From Octopus sinensis (lineage: Eukaryota): DNA of 64,000 bases. Positions 63,327 to 64,000 of this stretch are shown here, one piece after another. The DNA is taken from positions 87,358,001 through 87,422,000 of the forward strand of contig NC_043003.1 of NCBI RefSeq assembly GCF_006345805.1. The letters are read 5' to 3'. Position 1 is the stretch's first letter. Each line of letters starts with the position of its first letter. The position numbers and the translations under genes are program-made. The notes beneath the pieces are model-generated. The model saw only the letters and a list, made by a program, of their open reading frames with translations. It made no database searches and was not told the DNA's origin.

Positions 63327-63545
63327 CCCTTTCGTTACCAACCTGACTGAAACCGCCTCTGGCTCTGTAGTACAAATATCTTGCTTTTGAAAGTTTTGAA
63401 TTAAAATCTTCCACCAAACCTTAGTCACAATTTATGTTCCTAACACTAGCTGAATGATAAAGTTATTTTACTAAATTCTTTGTTATATTTAGAATTAATT
63501 GAAAGAAACACAGAGCATCTCAAAAGAAATATGGTAACAAAAGGG
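63327..63545. mobile_element. piggyBac-like MITE, family A (second copy)
   Basis: TTAA flanks, CCCTTTCGTTAC terminal inverted repeat (TIR; right end gtaacaaaaggg), colinear with 1443-1663. Confidence 0.85.
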
Positions 63546-64000
63546 TTAATAACTCCGAAAGAACATGAATCCAGAAGATGCTCTAATAAGAAATTTTTTT
63601 TTTTTCAATTTCGTACATCTACTCCTCTATTTCTGCACAGATCATAAAACCCCTTATTAGATCTTTTCATTATTCTATCTATTTCGTTACCATGTAAACA
63701 TAGTTTAAACATAGTTTCGTCTTCCTTACTGTTGTCTTAAAACAAACTTAAGTTCCTTCACGTGCATTTACTATTCGTCGCCTATTCACTTATTCAAGTT
63801 TGTCACATCGTCATTTATTTCTCTAATTTTGTGCTAGATTGGCTGACCGAAAATTCTAAGATTCTTCAATTCTATTTCACTATTATCAGCATTTGCTGTT
63901 TCATTAAATTATGTTACCCAAAACCCCAAAAGAATATTTTTCTCCCTCGTGTTCTATCCCTGACCACCCTAACTCTGGCCCTCTCTCTCTCTCTCTGTCT

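Overview
AT-rich, repeat-dense eukaryotic DNA. The repeat content (tRNA-derived SINEs with internal TA/TG microsatellites, RTE tails ending in (GAT)n, CR1 tails ending in (ATT)n) suggests an octopus or other coleoid cephalopod; this is an inference. Two convergent host genes are supported. On + is the last coding exon of glutamine:fructose-6-phosphate amidotransferase (VDCPRNLAKSVTVE*, 7727-7771), probably followed by a 7.6-kb 3'UTR intron and a long UTR exon. On - are six exons of an MKK3/6 (licorne-type) MAP2K that splice into a continuous 256-aa frame; its N-terminal exons were not found and probably lie beyond 64000. Nearly all ORF-track ORFs are microsatellite or transposon artefacts. The most unusual signal is a set of unrelated 270-550 bp palindromes (5470, 12526, 13850, 27630, 29310, 29690). 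By manual alignment their arms carry outward-facing minimal type I hammerhead-like folds (weak at 27630), and across families the core 3-8 pair covaries (C-G, U-A, G-C). These look like inverted Penelope-like termini. Other highlights are a three-level nest that captured 230 bp of nearby DNA, a dimeric SINE with one target-site duplication (TSD), an RTE 3'UTR with a variable repeat array, Helitron relics and a divergent kinase activation loop (SLANT). Repeat coordinates are approximate (about +/-10 bp); exon coordinates were counted by hand.
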